Source: a virus
Lineage: Duplodnaviria; Caudoviricetes
Reading direction: 5' to 3' (one strand)
DNA: 64,000 nt
Virus record (IMG/VR): IMGVR_UViG_3300037634_007329
Span: 1 to 64,000 of that record
Numbering within the stretch: the stretch's first letter is position 1; the number at the start of each line of letters is the position of its first letter. Positions 1-8,898 of this stretch are shown piece after piece. The notes under the pieces are model-generated. The model saw nothing but the letters and a program-made list of their open reading frames with translations, had not been told where the DNA came from and did not search any database. A program made the translations under genes and the position numbers.

Positions 1-1
1 A

Positions 2-631
2 AAAGCAAGAGCCGGAGAAATTAAAGGTTTCACTGGCATAGATGCTCCTTATGAAGAACCTGAAAATGCTCAGGTGGTTTTAAGAGGAGGAACTATTCAA
101 GAACAGGTAGACATCTTAGTAGATTATATTGACAATCATGATAAGAAAGAAGGATGGACTAAAGTTAATTACGGAGGAAAACCTACTACTAATGAAGATA
201 AGAAATATGCTGTATTTGTTGGAAGATTTCAACCTTATCATTACGGTCACATTGGCCTTATCCAACAAAAATTAGATGAAGGAGTTCCTGCCTTAATCCT
301 CATAAGAGATATTGAACCTGATGAAAAGAATCCTTTCACAACACAAGAGACGGCATTAATGATAACCAAGTACCACAAGGCTAAAGGTGATGATGTTCAA
401 GTAATGATTGTACCTGACATTGAGTCTGTAAACTTTGGAAGAGGTGTAGGATATGAGGTTAATGAATTTGATCCTCCAAAAAACATTGGATGGATCTCAG
501 CTACTAACATTCGAGAATCTATTAAAAAAGAGAGTGATGATTGGAAGGCCATGGTAGATGAATCTATTCAACGGGATGTGGCACATTATTTAACTGACGC
601 TTTAACGCAAAAAGAAAATGGGTTTCAATAA
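2..631 (+). CDS. cysC: Adenylylsulfate (APS) kinase C-terminus fused to an HxGH nucleotidyltransferase domain (5'-truncated by window edge)
   Basis: Frame is open from nt 2: KARAGEIKGFTGIDAPYEEPENAQVVL (CysC C-terminal signature) runs into the 74..631 ORF with GRFQPYHYGH, NPF and ISATNIR motifs of the cytidylyltransferase-like superfamily. Confidence 0.8.
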   Translation, partial: KARAGEIKGFTGIDAPYEEPENAQVVLRGGTIQEQVDILVDYIDNHDKKEGWTKVNYGGKPTTNEDKKYAVFVGRFQPYHYGHIGLIQQKLDEGVPALILIRDIEPDEKNPFTTQETALMITKYHKAKGDDVQVMIVPDIESVNFGRGVGYEVNEFDPPKNIGWISATNIRESIKKESDDWKAMVDESIQRDVAHYLTDALTQKENGFQ

Positions 632-675
632 AATATTTTTAGGAGAGAAGGCACTTAATCACCGCAGAACATAAA

Positions 676-843
676 ATGGAAAGTGAATTTAAAGTCGGCG
701 ACCTAGTCCGATGGTGGAAGTCTACATATTACATAATAGAAATTAGAAGAGAAGGAGCAATGCTACAACAAAACTTTAGCATAGGAACACGTCTAATAAA
801 ACCAGTGCCCCTATCGGAATTAAAGAAAGTAACAGCACATTAA
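676..843 (+). CDS. Small hypothetical protein (55 aa, FKVGDLV KOW/SH3-like start), not in ORF track
   Basis: ATG at 676 after A-rich leader; MESEFKVGDLVRWWKSTYYIIEIRREG...KKVTAH, stop TAA at 841-843. Confidence 0.55.
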   Translation: MESEFKVGDLVRWWKSTYYIIEIRREGAMLQQNFSIGTRLIKPVPLSELKKVTAH

Positions 844-871
844 ATAATAAATAAATAAAATAATTAATTGC

Positions 872-897
872 TAATTATGAAAAATTATATTAAAAAC
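872..897 (+). repeat. 26-nt direct repeat, copy 1 (copy 2 at 1207..1232), spanning the start codon
   Basis: TAATTATGAAAAATTATATTAAAAAC at both gene starts. Confidence 0.8.
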
Positions 898-1209
898 AGT
901 GAGGCGTTTATAAAATTAAACGAACAAAACCAAACCCGAGAAGGGATGGATAAAGCGAGTGCTGATGTTCTAAGACACTGTAAAGATCTGTATAAGCTTG
1001 CGTATATTATTAAGGCTACAATTCACAAAAACCCGGATAAGATCGGAGATTACAGTGTATTAAAGGATGTCAATAAACAATTGTACATGCTAAAAAATGC
1101 ACTCCATCGGTTCTTACGTGAAGAGCTGCCTCATCTCTCAAAGGAGGAAGTTGGTCGGATCCAGCGTGAGCTAGACAAAAAAATGGCAGAAATGATTACT
1201 GAGATTTAA
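877..1209 (+). CDS. Putative internal head protein with capsid-targeting-like N-terminus
   Basis: Likely start is ATG 877; MKNYIKNSEAFIKLNE; ATAAATA upstream. Confidence 0.55.
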   Translation: MKNYIKNSEAFIKLNEQNQTREGMDKASADVLRHCKDLYKLAYIIKATIHKNPDKIGDYSVLKDVNKQLYMLKNALHRFLREELPHLSKEEVGRIQRELDKKMAEMITEI

Positions 1210-1211
1210 TT

Positions 1212-1655
1212 ATGAAAAATTATATTAAAAACTTCACAGTCTTTTCAATTAATGAAAAGGTTGATTTTGAACCTGAAATTATATTGATGCCCCTAAAAAC
1301 ACGAATAAAAGTGGCAAGTGGAAACGTGGAGAAAGATGGTAAATGGGCAGAGGTACCTGGAGTAAAATCTAAAATTATAAGTGGTAATACAATAGAGATT
1401 CTTTTACCCAATGGACGGATTAAAAATGATGAACTTTTTAGAGCAACTATTACAGATGCTGGAAAGCTATTAGGAAAAGTTTTTTTAGGAATTAAAGATA
1501 TTAAAGCTGGTGATGCCAGAAAGAGAACTAGTGCATTCCAACATGCAATTGCATGGAAAGGCCTAGATGCTAATGTATATGGTGGTAGAATAAAAATAAA
1601 ATTTAAATGGATGCCAGAAGGAATTAGAGTTTCCAATGCACCCGGAAAAGCATAA
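1212..1655 (+). CDS. Putative internal head protein with capsid-targeting-like N-terminus
   Basis: MKNYIKNFTVFSINE. Confidence 0.55.
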   Translation: MKNYIKNFTVFSINEKVDFEPEIILMPLKTRIKVASGNVEKDGKWAEVPGVKSKIISGNTIEILLPNGRIKNDELFRATITDAGKLLGKVFLGIKDIKAGDARKRTSAFQHAIAWKGLDANVYGGRIKIKFKWMPEGIRVSNAPGKA

Positions 1656-1673
1656 AAATAAAATACTATAAAA

Positions 1674-1722
1674 ATGAAAACATATATAAAAAACTTCAAC
1701 TCATTCGTATTAAACGAACAAA
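1674..1722 (+). repeat. 49-nt direct repeat, copy 1 (copy 2 at 2118..2166), encoding the N-terminal tag
   Basis: ATGAAAACATATATAAAAAACTTCAACTCATTC(G/A)TATTAAACGAACAAA, 48/49 identical between copies; downstream sequences are unrelated. Confidence 0.9.
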
Positions 1723-2099
1723 ACGCATCGGTTGCAAATAATATTGAAGCCGCGGCACAATTGTTTATTAAAGCATTAAAGGGACTTGGAACAGATGAAG
1801 AAGGTGCAGTAGCAGCTATAGAAATGTTAGAGAATGCTGATGATTTTAATAATTTTAATAAATATTTAAAAGATACAACAAAATATGATTTCAAAGAATG
1901 GTTTGAGGGAGATTTTACCACACAGTCGAAAGAACCAGGACTAGCATTTATACAAAACCATTCGCCAGAAGCAAACGCTATACTTAACCATTTGAAGGCA
2001 ATAGGAGCACCACAAGAAGGGATCGTTGTAAGAAAACCACCAGAAGAGGAATATAGTGCTTACTACAATCACACGTGGGATAATCCGGTTTCAAGATAA
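1674..2099 (+). CDS. Annexin-repeat-like protein with capsid-targeting-like N-terminus
   Basis: MKTYIKNFNSFVLNE followed by AAQLFIKALKGLGTDEEGAVAAIEML (annexin KGxGTDE motif). Confidence 0.65.
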   Translation: MKTYIKNFNSFVLNEQNASVANNIEAAAQLFIKALKGLGTDEEGAVAAIEMLENADDFNNFNKYLKDTTKYDFKEWFEGDFTTQSKEPGLAFIQNHSPEANAILNHLKAIGAPQEGIVVRKPPEEEYSAYYNHTWDNPVSR

Positions 2100-2117
2100 A
2101 TAAAAAATATTTTAATT

Positions 2118-2522
2118 ATGAAAACATATATAAAAAACTTCAACTCATTCATATTAAACGAACAAACTGTTATTCCAGACGCAGCTCTTAAAAAAGGTGG
2201 TGATAGAATAATGTTCATCAAAAGCAAAGAAGGCTTAAAAGGAGAAATCGTAATTAAACACGATGGTAGATCTATTCTGTCTGTTAAAATCAAAGGTGAA
2301 GATAAATGGTATCACATTGGAGAATATAAAGACAAAAATGCAGCATATGATAAATTCGATGAAATAGTTCACGATAAAGATGCTGCCAAAGACGATTGGG
2401 CCCACATCAGAGACCTGGAAGATGCAGAAGAACATGACGATTCTAACAGTTGGAAAGATAACGATGAAGAACATATCGAAGATCTAGAAGATGATGCTCA
2501 CGATGATCATGAAGAAGAATAA
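2118..2522 (+). CDS. Putative internal head protein with acidic His/Asp-rich tail
   Basis: MKTYIKNFNSFILNE; C-terminal HIRDLEDAEEHDD / HIEDLEDDAHDDH repeat. Confidence 0.55.
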   Translation: MKTYIKNFNSFILNEQTVIPDAALKKGGDRIMFIKSKEGLKGEIVIKHDGRSILSVKIKGEDKWYHIGEYKDKNAAYDKFDEIVHDKDAAKDDWAHIRDLEDAEEHDDSNSWKDNDEEHIEDLEDDAHDDHEEE

Positions 2523-2536
2523 AAAAATAAACTATA

Positions 2537-2848
2537 ATGAATAGGATATTATTATTTAACGAATTCTTAAATGAGAATAAAAAAGATCCAGCTGCAAAGG
2601 TAAGAAACAGAGGAGACGTAGTATTCTCAGCTAAGAGCAAAGATGTCACAGACGATCAAGATCACTTTCCAATAAATAGCGAAGATCAAGCAAGGAACGC
2701 ATTAGCTAGAGCGAATCAATATAAAGAATCTCCTAAGTGGTATAAAGGATCTTTAAAGAAACTCGTTAAGAAAGTAGCAAACGCAGTTAAAAAGAAATAT
2801 TCGAGCATAGATGTCACTGAAGCATCTTATAAACCGGGTAAAGGATAA
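2537..2848 (+). CDS. Putative internal head protein (basic, FPINSEDQARNALARANQ)
   Basis: MNRILLFNEFLNE tag. Confidence 0.5.
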   Translation: MNRILLFNEFLNENKKDPAAKVRNRGDVVFSAKSKDVTDDQDHFPINSEDQARNALARANQYKESPKWYKGSLKKLVKKVANAVKKKYSSIDVTEASYKPGKG

Positions 2849-2862
2849 AAAAACAATACACA

Positions 2863-3120
2863 ATGGAAAACGTAAAAGACATTTTTTATGCAGGATTAGG
2901 TCTTGCTAAGAAAACAGAAGACACAGTAAAAGAAAGCTTTGACGTACTTGTTGCAAAAGGCAAACGAGTAGATGCTAAAGGAAACAATTTAATTAAAAAA
3001 TATTTTAATCTAGTTGAAAAAACAGCAGAGGAGCATAAAACAAAGATCAATGAAAAACTAGTAGACCACCTAGATAAAGTAGAAGAGTTTATAGTTAAAG
3101 TAAAAAGCGACATCAAGTAA
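2863..3120 (+). CDS. Phasin-like (PhaF/PhaI-type amphipathic helix) protein
   Basis: KDIFYAGLGLAKKTEDTVKESFDVLVAKGK resembles the phasin 'AGLGA...F..LV.KG' pattern. Confidence 0.55.
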   Translation: MENVKDIFYAGLGLAKKTEDTVKESFDVLVAKGKRVDAKGNNLIKKYFNLVEKTAEEHKTKINEKLVDHLDKVEEFIVKVKSDIK

Positions 3121-3635
3121 TGAGCTACGATCCCTATGATGAAATACAAAATTCATATTTTAGTTTAGTATCTAAATTTCTTAGCCAAATGGTAGGAAAA
3201 CAAATATTTGCAGATGTAAATGTAGAAGATGAAGACATTAGGAAAATTAGATTTACAAGTAAAGATGGAACTGACTTTACAATAAAACATGATGTTACGC
3301 AAGATGGAAGCCACACTAAACCATGGACAGAGATAGCTGGAAATGAAATAGGAAGAGAACCCATATGGGGAATAGATGACGTAGAGGATGAAGATGACCT
3401 AGACGAAATAGATGAAATAATATTTGATTCATTTTATGAAGGTAGTAAAACCAGACAAATAAAAGACGCAGCTAAATTTTATTTAGAATTAATAATACCC
3501 AGAAGTGCACTTATAGAAAAAACAATAAAAGAAGCCACTAAAAGGGGTTTTAAAGGATTTGTAGAAGGTGCACATTGGTATGCAGAATTTATACAAGACG
3601 GAAATTATCACAGAGACGTTAGAGATAGATTCTAA
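3120..3635 (+). CDS. Hypothetical protein
   Basis: 171-aa ORF, start overlaps upstream stop (TAATG). Confidence 0.6.
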   Translation: MSYDPYDEIQNSYFSLVSKFLSQMVGKQIFADVNVEDEDIRKIRFTSKDGTDFTIKHDVTQDGSHTKPWTEIAGNEIGREPIWGIDDVEDEDDLDEIDEIIFDSFYEGSKTRQIKDAAKFYLELIIPRSALIEKTIKEATKRGFKGFVEGAHWYAEFIQDGNYHRDVRDRF

Positions 3636-3657
3636 TCTTCGGAAAACTTATAGAATA

Positions 3658-5745
3658 CTATTGACTTATTATAATTGACATTTTATCTTCTTCAGAGTCA
3701 TAATCTAATATTACAGAATCACCTTCTGAAATTTTATTTTTTATTATTTCTTCAGCTAGAGGATCTTCTACATATTTTTGAATAGCTCTATTTAAAGGAC
3801 GTGCTCCGTAGTCTTTATCAAATCCTCTGTCTGCTATATGCCCTTTAGCCTTTTTAGTTATTTTAACAGTGTATCCTGCATCCTTAACTCTTGCTAAAAC
3901 TTTCTTTAATTCTATATCAATTATCTTTAATATATCTTTTTTGACGAGTGGATTAAACATTACAATGTCATCTATTCTATTTAAGAATTCTGGGGAGAAT
4001 GCTTTTTTAAGTTCAGTTTCAAGTATACTTTTTCTATTTTTATTTTCTTTATCGTCAGATGAACTTGTTTCAAAACCAATACCTGCACCGAAATCCTGCA
4101 ACCTTCTGGCTCCAATATTAGACGTCATTATTATAATAGTGTTTCTAAAATCGATAACTCTTCCTAATCCATCTGTCATTCTACCATCATCCAATGCTTG
4201 TAATAATAAGTTAAATACGTCTGGGTGAGCCTTTTCTATTTCATCCAATAGTAATATAGAATATGGTTTTCTTCTAACTTTTTCAGTTAATTGTCCACCT
4301 TCTTCATATCCAACATATCCAGGAGGAGCTCCTGCTAATTTTGAAATAGAGAACTTTTCCATATATTCACTCATATCTACTCGTATTAATGCGTCTTCTG
4401 AATCAAAAAGATATTTAGCTAATACTTTACATAGTTGGGTTTTACCAACCCCAGTAGATCCTAAAAATATAAAGGAACCGACAGGTCTATTTGGATCTTT
4501 TAAACCTGCTCTGTTTCTTCTGATTGCTTTAGTTATTCTAGACACTGCTTCGCCTTGACCTATTACTAAGCTAGATAGTTCTTTTTCCATTTTAATAAGC
4601 TTTCCACCCTCTGTCTGTGCAACCTTAGTAACAGGAATTCCTGTCATCATTGAAACTACTTGAGCAATATCTTCTTCATCAACTCTTTCTTTATTAAGCT
4701 TACTTTTTTCTTCCCAAGCGATTCTAGATTTATCAAGCTTTTCCTTTAACTTCTTTTCAGTATCTCTTAATCTAGCCGCTTCTTCATATTGTTGACTTTT
4801 AACTACTTTATTTTTCTTGTGTTTAATTTCTTCTATGTCTTTTTCTATATCTACAATAGCCTTCGGAACGCTTATGTTTTTTATATGTACTCTAGATCCA
4901 GCTTCATCTAATGCATCAATTGCTTTATCAGGTAAATGTCTATCTGTCATATATCTAGATGTTAAGTGTACACATGCATTAATTGCATCTGGTGTATAAT
5001 AAACATTATGATGATCTTCATATTTATCTTTTATATTATTTAATATATCAATACTTTCTTCCATTGAAGCAGGTTCAATCATAACCTTTTGAAACCTTCT
5101 CTCTAGAGCTCCATCTTTTTCTATATGTTGACGATATTCATCAAGAGTAGTTGCTCCTATGCATTGCACTTCTCCCTTAGCAAGGGCTGGTTTAAACATA
5201 TTAGATGCATCCAATGCGCCACTTGCTCCACCTGCACCAACCATAGTATGTATTTCATCTATAAAAATAATAACATCTTTATTTTTTTCTAATTCTGTCA
5301 TTAATACTTTCATTCTTTCTTCAAACTGACCTCTATATTTTGTTCCAGCTACTAATGAAGCCAAATCCAAAGACACTATTCTTTTATCAAAAAGAGCTCT
5401 TGAAACCTTTTTTTCAATTATCCTAAGAGCAAGCCCCTCTGCTATCGCAGATTTACCAACCCCTGGTTCTCCTATTAAAATAGGATTGTTTTTCTTTCTT
5501 CTACTTAATATTTGTGACACTCTTTCTATTTCATGTTCTCTTCCAACAATGGGGTCTAATTTACCTTCTTCTGCCATCTTGGTTAAATCTCTTCCAAAAT
5601 TATCTAACGCGGGTGTTTTAGATTTACCACCTCCGCTATTTGAAGGTTTCCTCCTTTTACTATCGTCTTGGAACATGCCTTCTTCATCATCAGATCCAAA
5701 ATCAGATCTATGAGTTTCTTCATAATTTTCTTTGTCTATTGCCAT
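3658..5745 (-). CDS. clpC: ATP-dependent Clp protease ATP-binding subunit, ClpC-like, lacking the N-terminal Clp repeat domain
   Basis: Two AAA+ modules (GEPGVGKS/IFIDEIH; GSTGVGKT/LLDEIEKAHPDV), UVR M-domain (SQQYEEAARLRD), IGF ClpP-docking loop (GAGIGF), YGARPL; D1 starts after only ~45 aa. Confidence 0.95.
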   Translation of the reverse strand: MAIDKENYEETHRSDFGSDDEEGMFQDDSKRRKPSNSGGGKSKTPALDNFGRDLTKMAEEGKLDPIVGREHEIERVSQILSRRKKNNPILIGEPGVGKSAIAEGLALRIIEKKVSRALFDKRIVSLDLASLVAGTKYRGQFEERMKVLMTELEKNKDVIIFIDEIHTMVGAGGASGALDASNMFKPALAKGEVQCIGATTLDEYRQHIEKDGALERRFQKVMIEPASMEESIDILNNIKDKYEDHHNVYYTPDAINACVHLTSRYMTDRHLPDKAIDALDEAGSRVHIKNISVPKAIVDIEKDIEEIKHKKNKVVKSQQYEEAARLRDTEKKLKEKLDKSRIAWEEKSKLNKERVDEEDIAQVVSMMTGIPVTKVAQTEGGKLIKMEKELSSLVIGQGEAVSRITKAIRRNRAGLKDPNRPVGSFIFLGSTGVGKTQLCKVLAKYLFDSEDALIRVDMSEYMEKFSISKLAGAPPGYVGYEEGGQLTEKVRRKPYSILLLDEIEKAHPDVFNLLLQALDDGRMTDGLGRVIDFRNTIIIMTSNIGARRLQDFGAGIGFETSSSDDKENKNRKSILETELKKAFSPEFLNRIDDIVMFNPLVKKDILKIIDIELKKVLARVKDAGYTVKITKKAKGHIADRGFDKDYGARPLNRAIQKYVEDPLAEEIIKNKISEGDSVILDYDSEEDKMSIIISQ

Positions 5746-5783
5746 AGTAATTTTACGTATTTTATAGTTTTATTTATTTGAAA

Positions 5784-6191
5784 TTATTGTTTTTCATCTA
5801 GGTTTTTAAGCATCTTATGAAAAATACTAGCTTTATTATAATCTTCTATATCAATTGCTCTTTTTAATTTAATCTCTAATTCTTCCTTTGATATATTAAT
5901 GTCTCCTTCTACATCGTCTAATAGCGTTTTAGGATCAATATAATAATCCCATCCTTCTTCAAAAATATCTAATGGTAATCCCACTAGACTATCTCCAAAA
6001 AGTTTTCTGGGTAGTGAATCTAATCTTTGCAAATATATTTTTCCATTGGCTATTCCTACATATAACATTTTATTTCCAATGTAACTTCTATCTACATGTG
6101 GCATTCCTGTTTTTTTATCATGCCCAAGTGGAAGAGATGAAACTACTCTAGTTATAATATCTCTTTTTTTAAATTCGTATATGCTGGTCAT
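5784..6191 (-). CDS. Protein with C-terminal UVR (UvrB/C)-like coiled coil
   Basis: KEELEIKLKRAIDIEDYNKASIFHKMLK. Confidence 0.55.
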   Translation of the reverse strand: MTSIYEFKKRDIITRVVSSLPLGHDKKTGMPHVDRSYIGNKMLYVGIANGKIYLQRLDSLPRKLFGDSLVGLPLDIFEEGWDYYIDPKTLLDDVEGDINISKEELEIKLKRAIDIEDYNKASIFHKMLKNLDEKQ

Positions 6192-6535
6192 TTATTTTTG
6201 TTTTTTTTAGACTTTAAAATATCCCTTATTCTTGCTGCTTCTTCGAAATCTTCTTCTTCTATTGCTTTTTTTAACATTGTTTCTATGTCTTCTTCATCAT
6301 CGTTTTCATTACATGACGTATAGTCTTTGCTTTTTATAAAAATATAAGACACATTTGTTCCTTTTAAATCACCAGTTGAAAACAAAGTATTTGGATACAT
6401 TTTATTCCACTCTTCATTGACTTTTTTTATAGTTCTTTTTTTATTATGTAAACGCTTCCAGTCCTTGAATACATACCCAACTACCATGCCCATTAAAAAT
6501 AGTACGATTAGCAATACATATACACTATATTCCAT
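6188..6535 (-). CDS. Membrane-anchored protein with C-terminal UVR domain
   Basis: N-terminal TM helix (VYVLLIVLFLMGMVVGYVF); MLKKAIEEEDFEEAARIRDIL. Confidence 0.7.
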   Translation of the reverse strand: MEYSVYVLLIVLFLMGMVVGYVFKDWKRLHNKKRTIKKVNEEWNKMYPNTLFSTGDLKGTNVSYIFIKSKDYTSCNENDDEEDIETMLKKAIEEEDFEEAARIRDILKSKKNKNK

Positions 6536-6829
6536 TCACTTTATTTGTGTTTTTCCAAAAAATAAATCAATAGAGAAGCTTTCTTCTGATCTTAAGTTTC
6601 CAGTATCTATTATTAAATCCAATCTCTCCATTAATTTTTTAAAACCTAAAACGTCACATGAAGAAGTCATTTCACATTCGGTAGGTTCCACGACCGTCCA
6701 GGTATATACACTTTCCCTATCAAAAACACCAACCTTTTGAATTAATATTTGATGATCTCCCATGTCAATAGCTAAGGTCCTATACAATTTAGTAGATATG
6801 CTTTCGTATAATTTATTAGTTGTTATCAT
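6536..6829 (-). CDS. Hypothetical protein
   Basis: ORF in track (6536..6856); ATG at 6829 (MITTNKLY) is the more likely start. Confidence 0.5.
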   Translation of the reverse strand: MITTNKLYESISTKLYRTLAIDMGDHQILIQKVGVFDRESVYTWTVVEPTECEMTSSCDVLGFKKLMERLDLIIDTGNLRSEESFSIDLFFGKTQIK

Positions 6830-6983
6830 TTTCCAAAGTTTTAGTTTCTTCAACAAGTTTTAAAAATGCTTCTTTGCATCTCTTAATTCCTTTTCTATAT
6901 CCAATATTATATCCCAGTAGTAATCCCACTATCAATCCAGATATTATTTGAATAATCAATAGGCTCATTATTTTATAATCCAT
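6816..6983 (-). CDS. Small membrane protein (55 aa), not in ORF track
   Basis: MDYKIMSLLIIQIISGLIVGLLLGYNIGYRKG...; fills the gap between the ligase and the next gene. Confidence 0.55.
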   Translation of the reverse strand: MDYKIMSLLIIQIISGLIVGLLLGYNIGYRKGIKRCKEAFLKLVEETKTLENDNN

Positions 6984-6993
6984 TTATTGTTTT

Positions 6994-8292
6994 TTAAAAC
7001 GTTCTCTTGTTTTCATAAACAGCTTTAATTACAGGAAACCTTAAAGAATATTCTCCATCCTGATTAATAGTCTCTTCAAAATAACTAACAGCTATGGTTT
7101 TGTTTAATATTTTACTTGGATTTTTAAAATAGTTTCTTCTTTCAGCATGACTAAACCCACTACCTACTTGAACTCTATTTCCTTTATGTTCTATAACCAC
7201 ATTACTTAACATTGTTTCTTCTACTTCTTTGCCATTGACGATAACCCTATGTGTACCATTTTCTAATTCAATAACTTTATACTCTGCGTCAAAAAACTTT
7301 TTTACTTTAAGAATATCATTGCTTCTTTTTCCCCTATACGTTTCGTCTTTTCTAAGCATTAGCCCTTCCCATCCGTTTTGTATAGCAACATTCATTTTTT
7401 CTTCTATCATTGCTTCACTTGTTATGCAATGCTGTTCTAACATTTCATAATAATATCCATCTCTCTCTTGTAAAACTAATCCCAATATATATTGTCTTTC
7501 GCTCAATATATTATCGGATGTTTTGTTTTCAAAATCGTCTAATGAAATAAAATCAAAAATCTTATACATTGGTTTTTCAATAGTGTGGTCTTTTCTTTTA
7601 ATTTCTTTAATGATAGATTGAAAATCTTCATTTCCATTTTCATCTACTATACATATTTCACCATCCATTACTGAATTATGAATATTTAATTCTTCTAATT
7701 CTTCTTTAACTTTTCCTAAAGTTTCAAAGGGTTTTCCAGATCTTGAGAAAAATGTTACATCTCCAAACTCATCAAAGAAAGCTAAACATCTGACTCCATC
7801 CAACTTTCTACTTAAATACCAATCATCGTTTTTAAGATCTACTTTCTTTTTGGTTTTTTCGTCATATGTATTCGCTAAAGCTACATCAAAGGTAGGTATA
7901 GCATTTGGTATAACTTTGTTTATCATAGATGAAGTAGAACGAGTCTTAAGGTTTCTATCTATTATGTTCCAAATAAGTTCTTCATGTATTATATGATCAA
8001 GAACAAATGCATTAACTGCTCCAAGTGCATTATGCCCAGTAATAACTCGTTCATTTAAATCATCTAATAATCCAAAGATGTTATCTCCGTAGTTATTTAA
8101 CGAAGCAACTAGGTCACTTCTTTTCTTACAATTCTTAGAAGTAACATAATATTGTTTGAATGGAGAATAAACATATCTCAATATTCTTATGAGTTCTGCA
8201 TCATCTTTAATAGATGATATGACATCTATCTTATCAGTATTGGAATTAGAATTATTACTTTGTATAACAAATTCTTGAAGTCTATCTAGCAT
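6994..8292 (-). CDS. ATP-dependent DNA ligase
   Basis: Motif I SRKLDGVR, DGE, FD, WEGLMLRK, LKVKK, VGSGF, SLRFP. Confidence 0.93.
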   Translation of the reverse strand: MLDRLQEFVIQSNNSNSNTDKIDVISSIKDDAELIRILRYVYSPFKQYYVTSKNCKKRSDLVASLNNYGDNIFGLLDDLNERVITGHNALGAVNAFVLDHIIHEELIWNIIDRNLKTRSTSSMINKVIPNAIPTFDVALANTYDEKTKKKVDLKNDDWYLSRKLDGVRCLAFFDEFGDVTFFSRSGKPFETLGKVKEELEELNIHNSVMDGEICIVDENGNEDFQSIIKEIKRKDHTIEKPMYKIFDFISLDDFENKTSDNILSERQYILGLVLQERDGYYYEMLEQHCITSEAMIEEKMNVAIQNGWEGLMLRKDETYRGKRSNDILKVKKFFDAEYKVIELENGTHRVIVNGKEVEETMLSNVVIEHKGNRVQVGSGFSHAERRNYFKNPSKILNKTIAVSYFEETINQDGEYSLRFPVIKAVYENKRTF

Positions 8293-8303
8293 AATTTTTA
8301 ATT

Positions 8304-8558
8304 TTAAAAAATTCTTCTTATTTCTACCATAAATTTATGTTCCCCTGGTGCACCTATGTCGTTTAGAAAATCTACAAATGCATCGGGCTTTAATCCAGTT
8401 AAAGCTGTTGATTCTTCTTTTATCATCTTCTGCCAATCTTCGTCACCGGCTGTTTCGTCCCAAACATCATACCAGTATCCTAATGCATGGTCACTTCCCC
8501 AACTCACAGTTATCTCCTGTCCCGCATCTCCTTTTATTATTTTAGAATAACGACTCAT
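8304..8558 (-). CDS. Hypothetical protein
   Basis: 84-aa ORF in minus-strand run. Confidence 0.55.
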   Translation of the reverse strand: MSRYSKIIKGDAGQEITVSWGSDHALGYWYDVWDETAGDEDWQKMIKEESTALTGLKPDAFVDFLNDIGAPGEHKFMVEIRRIF

Positions 8559-8820
8559 TGCTTTTTATTTTACTTATATCTAGTTTAAACTGAACTAATT
8601 TTTCATCCATTTTCTTTCCTCTGTAATTCCTATATGAAAATATTTCTTCATCTATTCCATTGAAATTTGTTGAATAAAGTTTACAGAAAAGCTTAACTCT
8701 TTCATCATTCCAATAAAACTTAGCACTACTTTGTTTAATATTTTCATGAGAAACAGGCGGTCGATAATTAGTATCCTTTACCTGTCTATATTCGTCTATG
8801 CTTCTTTTTTTATGTGACAT
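8542..8820 (-). CDS. Hypothetical protein
   Basis: 92-aa ORF in minus-strand run. Confidence 0.55.
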   Translation of the reverse strand: MSHKKRSIDEYRQVKDTNYRPPVSHENIKQSSAKFYWNDERVKLFCKLYSTNFNGIDEEIFSYRNYRGKKMDEKLVQFKLDISKIKSNESLF

Positions 8821-8898
8821 GATATATTATTTTATTATTAATACTTATATTATACTATAAAATTAATTTTATTTAAAATATATAAAATAAAACACATC

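Noticed and set aside
872-2166. Repeats as a CRISPR array
   Set aside because: The repeats are in-frame gene starts separated by 300-450 nt of coding sequence, not 30-40-nt spacers, and no cas genes are present.
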